The translations under genes and the position numbers were made by a program. Positions 57,336 through 64,000 of a DNA stretch of 64,000 nucleotides are shown one piece after another. The stretch comes from the human T2T-CHM13v2.0 reference genome, Homo sapiens. Positions within the stretch are counted from its first letter, which is position 1, and each line of letters begins with the position of its first letter. The stretch is taken from the NCBI RefSeq assembly GCF_009914755.1, contig NC_060925.1. One strand, written 5' to 3'. The notes beneath the pieces are model-generated. The model had not been told where the DNA came from. It was given only the letters and a program-made list of their open reading frames with translations, and ran no database searches.

Positions 57336-57964
57336 TCTTCCTTTTCCTGACTGCTTAGGAAGGATGGAATGTATTTCCTTCCTTCTGGGAGTGTTTGAAT
57401 GAAGATTAGACTCTCCTTGACCATGAGTGAAGAGCAACCAGTTTTTTAGTATACAGTGATTTAGACTCTGGGTCTAGAGTGTAGATATCACGGGCACTGT
57501 GAAAGCACAGAAGGAGAAAAGGTTTTTATGTGAGTATATGGGAGAGGAAATAGTTTATTGTCATAAGCTTTTTGGCTATGGCCTCCATTACATCTCTAGC
57601 TTTTGGAAGGCACTAAATTGAGGCCATTCAAATCCATGTCCACCTATCCTTTGCCCGTCACGAGACTGATGGCTTAGGAAGCATGTGGTCTAGGTACTAG
57701 AGAGGGAGCCTGACCCACCTACCTCACCGCTGCTGCTGAATTTGTGCACAACTCTCTGACCTGGTTCCATGTCACAAAGGGTTTCATTCTCTCTGATTCC
57801 CTGAATCCCCAGCTCTAGCCGCAGATCCTGGAACCCTAGCATATGCCTGAAGCTGAATATTTTACTTGCCAGAGTAAGAGTTTTTACATAGACTCTGTCA
57901 TCTTCTACTGGCCCTCCTCTTAAACTGAGGCAGCGGCTGCTAGCTACTCACCAAACCTATTTTA

Positions 57965-58278
57965 CTTTCTTTTTCTTTTTTTTTTTTTTTTTTTGAGACA
58001 GAGTCTTGCTCTGTCGCCCAGACTGGAGTGCAGTGGTATGATCTCGGCTCACTGCAACCTCCGCCTCTCAGGTTCAAGCGATTCTCCCACCGTAGCCTCC
58101 TGAGTCGATGGGATTACAGGTGTGTGCCACCACACCCAGCTAATTTTTGTATTTTTTGGTAGAGATGGAGGTTTCACTATGTTGGCCAGGCTAGTCTCTA
58201 ACTCCTGACCTCAAATGATCCACCCACCTCAGCCTCCCAAAGTGCTGGGATTACAGGCATAAGCCACCGTGCCTGGCC
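57965..58278 (-). mobile_element. Alu (S-like)
   Basis: Poly-T plus dimer; TSD attttactttct. Confidence 0.93.
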
Positions 58279-58329
58279 CCCCATTTTACTTTCTTCTTTA
58301 ACATATAGTTAGAATGAAAACATGTTGAA

Positions 58330-59511
<1,182 letters not shown>

Positions 59512-59526
59512 TAGACCATATTTTCT

Positions 59527-59840
59527 AACCAGCTTTCTTTGCAGTTTGGTGGGGCTTTGTGACTGAATTCTGGCCAATGGAACCACATGGAGGCCTGGCC
59601 CAGAACATCTCCCTGTGGATTCTCTCATCTGGCAACTGGATGCCTACACGAAGGGTGATTTTGGAGTCATGTGTTGGAGATCACAAAGCTTTTGTCAGCC
59701 AGGTTCCTGAATGACTGCTAGACACCATGGGCTGAACTTTACGTGAGTGAGAAATACATTCTATTTGAAGATATGGGTTAAGCTACAGAGATTTAAAGGC
59801 TTATCTGTTTCAACATTTGGCTTTACCATACCTAATAACA
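59527..59840. mobile_element. MaLR (MLT1-like) LTR fragment
   Basis: gtgactgaattctggccaatgg and gtgagtgagaaatacattcta motifs. Confidence 0.55.
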
Positions 59841-60809
59841 AAGTCCTTCATGATACGGCCCGGGAAGCTCTAATTCTTTGGTAAACCTTCCCTAATCTTG
59901 ACCTCTTCCTGAACATCCCCTCCACCTACTAGCCTCAGTAGAATTCTGGCTGTCTCAAGACAGGACACTTCTTACAGCTGTCCCTGTGGAAGCTGGTGCC
60001 ACCCTTCTCCTCCCCAGGCTCAGAGGAGCTACAGACTTCTTCTGGATAGCCATTGCCTCCTCCATTGTTCTTCTCCCTCACAGCAAATCTTTTCTCCTTA
60101 GAAATGTGTACCAGCCATGTTGCTGTCTTCCCTCCCCTTCCACTGTTCTCACCTGACTCATCCACCATTGCCCCTGGGTTTTGCCAGCTGGTTCCCACCT
60201 TCCTTTCTCCTAAGATTGGTGCCACTCCAGATACCTGTTTTCTACCAGCAGCTGGGCGCTCAGGATGTCTTGGTCACACATGTACCTGGTACCTGTTTTC
60301 CTGATCCCTACAGCGGTTTTTCCAAACCATCCCCCTTCCTCCAGACCTCTTTCCCCACTAATGGCCTTGCCTTCCATTTCATTGAGAAAGTTGAAGCACT
60401 CTGGGTTGAATCCCCTCAACTTCCTGCCCTGCTCTGCACTCTACCTCCTTCCTTTCAGTCTCAGAGTCATGCTGACGCTCTCCCATGGCTTCCAAGACAG
60501 CTCTAAGAGAGCTGTTCTGTTGGATGACACCTCTGTCCCTCTTTCTTCTAAAAGTTTCAGCCTCTTTCCACTAGCAATTAAAATACAGTCAAATATCTTT
60601 CCTTGAATAACAACAACATTCCCAGAAAGAAGCATCTACATTCATTTCCTCATTCCCTGTTCATATTTTCATCCACTGTAATCTGGATTTTTCTCCCACC
60701 TCCTAAGATTGCTCTGGCAAAGGAAACCACATTTTCTTCATGACCAAATCCAAAGGTCTCTTTTTAATTTTATTATGCACTTATTTATTTTAGTTTCTTA
60801 CCTTTTTTG

Positions 60810-61088
<279 letters not shown>

Positions 61089-61203
61089 TAAGGTTCTGGT
61101 TCTATTTTTGACCTCTTTCCTTCTCCTTCCCTCCCTCCCCTTTCCCCCTCCCTCCTCACCTCTGTCTTTCCCCTTGCCTCCTTCTCACTTCCACTCTGTG
61201 TAA

Positions 61204-61549
<346 letters not shown>

Positions 61550-62614
61550 TCATGTCACATTTTATATTGGCTCACGATTTGAGTCAGTAGCTTATCTCTC
61601 CAAGCTCCATATCACAATATCCACGTTCCTGCTGGCACTTGCCACATGGTACAAGTTCCATGGGCACTTCAAGCTCGATGCATGTAAAACTGAGCTCATT
61701 GTTTACCCCCACCTCTTTCTGTATTTCCAGTGATAACCACCTGGAAACTCATAAGCCAGAAACTTGGAGCTCGTCTTCACAGATCCACATTGTATAACTA
61801 GTGGCACAGTCCTGCACTTCCTGTATTTGTAACATTTTCTCATATCTCTCAGCTTCGCAGCTCTGACCCCTGCAGGCCCTTACTGTCTCTAGTGTAAAGC
61901 CTGTGGGGATCTCCTAACTAGTACTCCTGCCTTCAGTCTTGCTGACGCCTTACTGCCACTGAGTCATCTTTCTAAATAACAAAGCTCTGTCACTCCCCAG
62001 CCCAAGCCCTTTGGAGGCTCCCTGTTGCCTGCAAGACAAAGTTCCAGCTCTCCAGCAGGGATTATGAAGCCTTCCTGTGGTTTGCTCCTGCCCACCTTCT
62101 CTTTCCCTAAACGCCTGCCCTCCTCAACACCTTGCTCTTCTCCAAAGTCCCTGTACACTTTCACACCTCTGCACCTTTGTCTTACTTCTTACTTCCCTTC
62201 TGCCTGGGATATCCTCCTCTCCCCTGCCTGCCTAATGAACACCACTTAACTTTTGAGACAGTTCAGGAAGAGCTTCTTCTAGAAGATGTTTTCTGATTGC
62301 TTTTGTAGAGTAAAATTAGCCCTTCCTCCCGCTGAGATGACACTGCACTCATGATGGAAGCCAGGGTGGGTGTGGGAGGAGCGTGATAGGGCACTCTGAC
62401 TTGGCACCTGGCTCCCGCATTGTGCATCTTGAGACCGGGGCCCTGTCTTTCACTTCTGGGTGCCTGGTGCCTCACACAGTGCCTGACACCTGGCGGGTAC
62501 TCAGTAAATCTTTTCAGTCGGTGCTGAATGGGAAGGTGGGTATGTGAGATGCCCTGGAAGGATTTTGATTTCCAACCACAGAAAGGCCCTGGGCCGAGAA
62601 TGGGACTGTGAGAC

Positions 62615-62620
62615 TTTATT
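62615..62620 (-). terminator. THEM5: THEM5 poly(A) signal AATAAA
   Basis: tttatt on plus strand, ~205 nt after the stop. Confidence 0.8.
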
Positions 62621-62697
62621 TACTCAGAGAAAAGGGTCCTTTCCCTCGCCTCACCAATTGCTGCTTGAGGACCCCTCCCTGCTCTTTGATGGGTCCC

Positions 62698-62797
62698 AGG
62701 CAGGCAGGGGAGGCAGGAGGCAGGAGGCAGGCAGGGGAGGCAGGAGGCAGGAGGCAGGCAGGGGAGGCAGGAGGCAGGAGGCAGGCAGGGGAGGCAG
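62698..62797. repeat. 27-bp minisatellite, ~3.7 copies, in the THEM5 3'UTR
   Basis: Unit aggcaggcaggggaggcaggaggcagg repeated perfectly. Confidence 0.95.
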
Positions 62798-62823
62798 TGG
62801 CTCTCCTGCAGGCACAGTGACTG

Positions 62824-62867
62824 TTACTGGGGAGACTCTTCTTCCAACTGCAGCTGAAGGAAAACAC
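62824..62867 (-). CDS. THEM5: THEM5 last exon, coding part (GVFLQLQLEEESPQ-stop)
   Basis: ttgcag|GT...CAG TAA; phase consistent with the previous exon. Confidence 0.94.
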
Positions 62868-63190
62868 CTGCAAGAGAAGGGTGAGTTGAGCTGCAAGAGC
62901 TGCACTGAGATGGCTGGAGCTTGATGGACACTCTGAGCATTTGGCTGCAAATTACCCATTACCTGGGTCCTGTCCTTTCGTTACAGGTTGGATAACTCAT
63001 ATATAGAAAAAAAAATCCTAGTTCTGCTCTCCCTTGCTTCATCTGTGTCCCTAGTAGGTGCCCTATCCCACCCCTAAAGAAGCTGGACCGCAGCTTGGGA
63101 TGAATCATTGGCATCTTTTCTTCCTCCTGTTTGTTCTGGGGGTGGGTGGTGGTGGGACGGGGCCTGGGGCTGGGCTGGGGGCTCCTTTAC

Positions 63191-63315
63191 CTGAGGACTT
63201 GGCATAAACTGTCTGCTGGTCTCTGCTGTGGGCGATGCAGGACATGTAAAGCTTCTGGTCCTCAATCTTGTCCACTTCTACGTCCATTACAACCAGAGAG
63301 CCCACGGGGATCAAG
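63191..63315 (-). CDS. THEM5: THEM5 penultimate exon
   Basis: LIPVGSLVVMDVEVDKIEDQKLYMSCIAHSRDQQTVYAKSS; 125 nt. Confidence 0.95.
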
Positions 63316-63634
63316 CTGGGAGACGAGGCAGCTTAGCCCATCTCTCATGTGAACCCGGTTCCCCATCCCTTCACTCTCTGTGTCCTCTTCCCTCTCTTCA
63401 TCCCTCCCGGCCTCGAGGACTCAGAAGTGGCCCTGGGCTCAGGGCCTTTTTGTCAGCTCCCAAAGTTGGACAGCAGAGGCTGTGTCCTGGCCAGGGACTA
63501 GAGGAATTGCTTGGGAGTGGGCTGGGGAAGGAGAGTGGCAGGCAGGGCTCCTACACCCCAGCTGCCGAGGATGGCCACTTCCAGGGATGAAAAGGTCTGT
63601 GACTTTGGCCAATGCCCCAGGGGCCCATACTTAC

Positions 63635-63745
63635 TTTTTGAACCTGATGTTGAGACTTAGTGTGAACAGCCCCTCTCCAGCCAGGAAGGCAGTTTTAGAA
63701 AAGGTCTCGTCCATCATGGCTGCCAGGGACCCGCCGTGAGCAAAC
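63635..63745 (-). CDS. THEM5: THEM5 acyl-CoA thioesterase, third-last coding exon (hotdog-fold HGG motif)
   Basis: FAHGGSLAAMMDETFSKTAFLAGEGLFTLSLNIRFK; 111 nt; cag|G...AA|gtaagt. Confidence 0.95.
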
Positions 63746-64000
63746 CTGGGGGTGGGGTAAGGTGAGGAGCAAGGCCTGGGCTGGGGCTGCTGGGCAGACC
63801 CCCTCAATGGGCCTTCCCTCCCTCCTGTGGTGATCCTACCTTTCCCTTTCCCTAGACCCTTCCAAACACAGACGTTCAGCCTCAGGGCAGCCAAATAGGA
63901 AAGAAGGAAACAGCTGCATCCCATCTGATCAAACCCGTCAAAATCAACTGAGCTTTTCTGTTTTGCTTCAGCATGCGTTTGCAGCCAATGATACAACATT

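Noticed and set aside
62544-62959. Repetitive ORFs (AGRGGRRQE)n and similar
   Set aside because: Translations of the 27-bp UTR minisatellite; no spacers, so not CRISPR-like.

Overview
Human (primate) genomic DNA, recognisable from protein sequence and gene order as the 1q21.3 TDRKH-LINGO4-RORC-C2CD4D-THEM5 interval. All protein-coding genes lie on the minus strand. The window holds the CpG-island promoter, non-coding first exon and part of intron 1 of TDRKH; complete LINGO4 (593 aa); complete RORC (11 exons, 518-aa RORgamma1, plus the alternative RORgamma-t first exon); single-coding-exon C2CD4D (353 aa); and the last three coding exons of THEM5. I read the coding-exon boundaries from the sequence: all are GT-AG, phase-consistent, and the RORC exons sum to 1557 nt. 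Also present are a Y3 RNA retropseudogene, about 22 Alus, L1/L2/MIR/DNA-transposon relics and several microsatellites. I see no novel protein-coding system. The strongest unexplained signals are: (1) a ~110-bp ~91%-identical direct copy of RORC 3'UTR sequence inside RORC intron 10, so the two copies flank the AF-2-coding last exon; (2) no canonical RORC poly(A) signal, with the probable 3' end only ~0.65 kb from the LINGO4 start (read-through hypothesis); (3) an out-of-frame upstream ORF overlapping LINGO4; (4) motif clusters that may correspond to mouse Rorc(t) enhancers; (5) a helically phased CCAAT array at TDRKH; (6) a CCUG-rich 27-bp tandem repeat in the THEM5 3'UTR. Repeat-family names, lncRNA names and TSS positions are from memory or approximate and were not database-checked.
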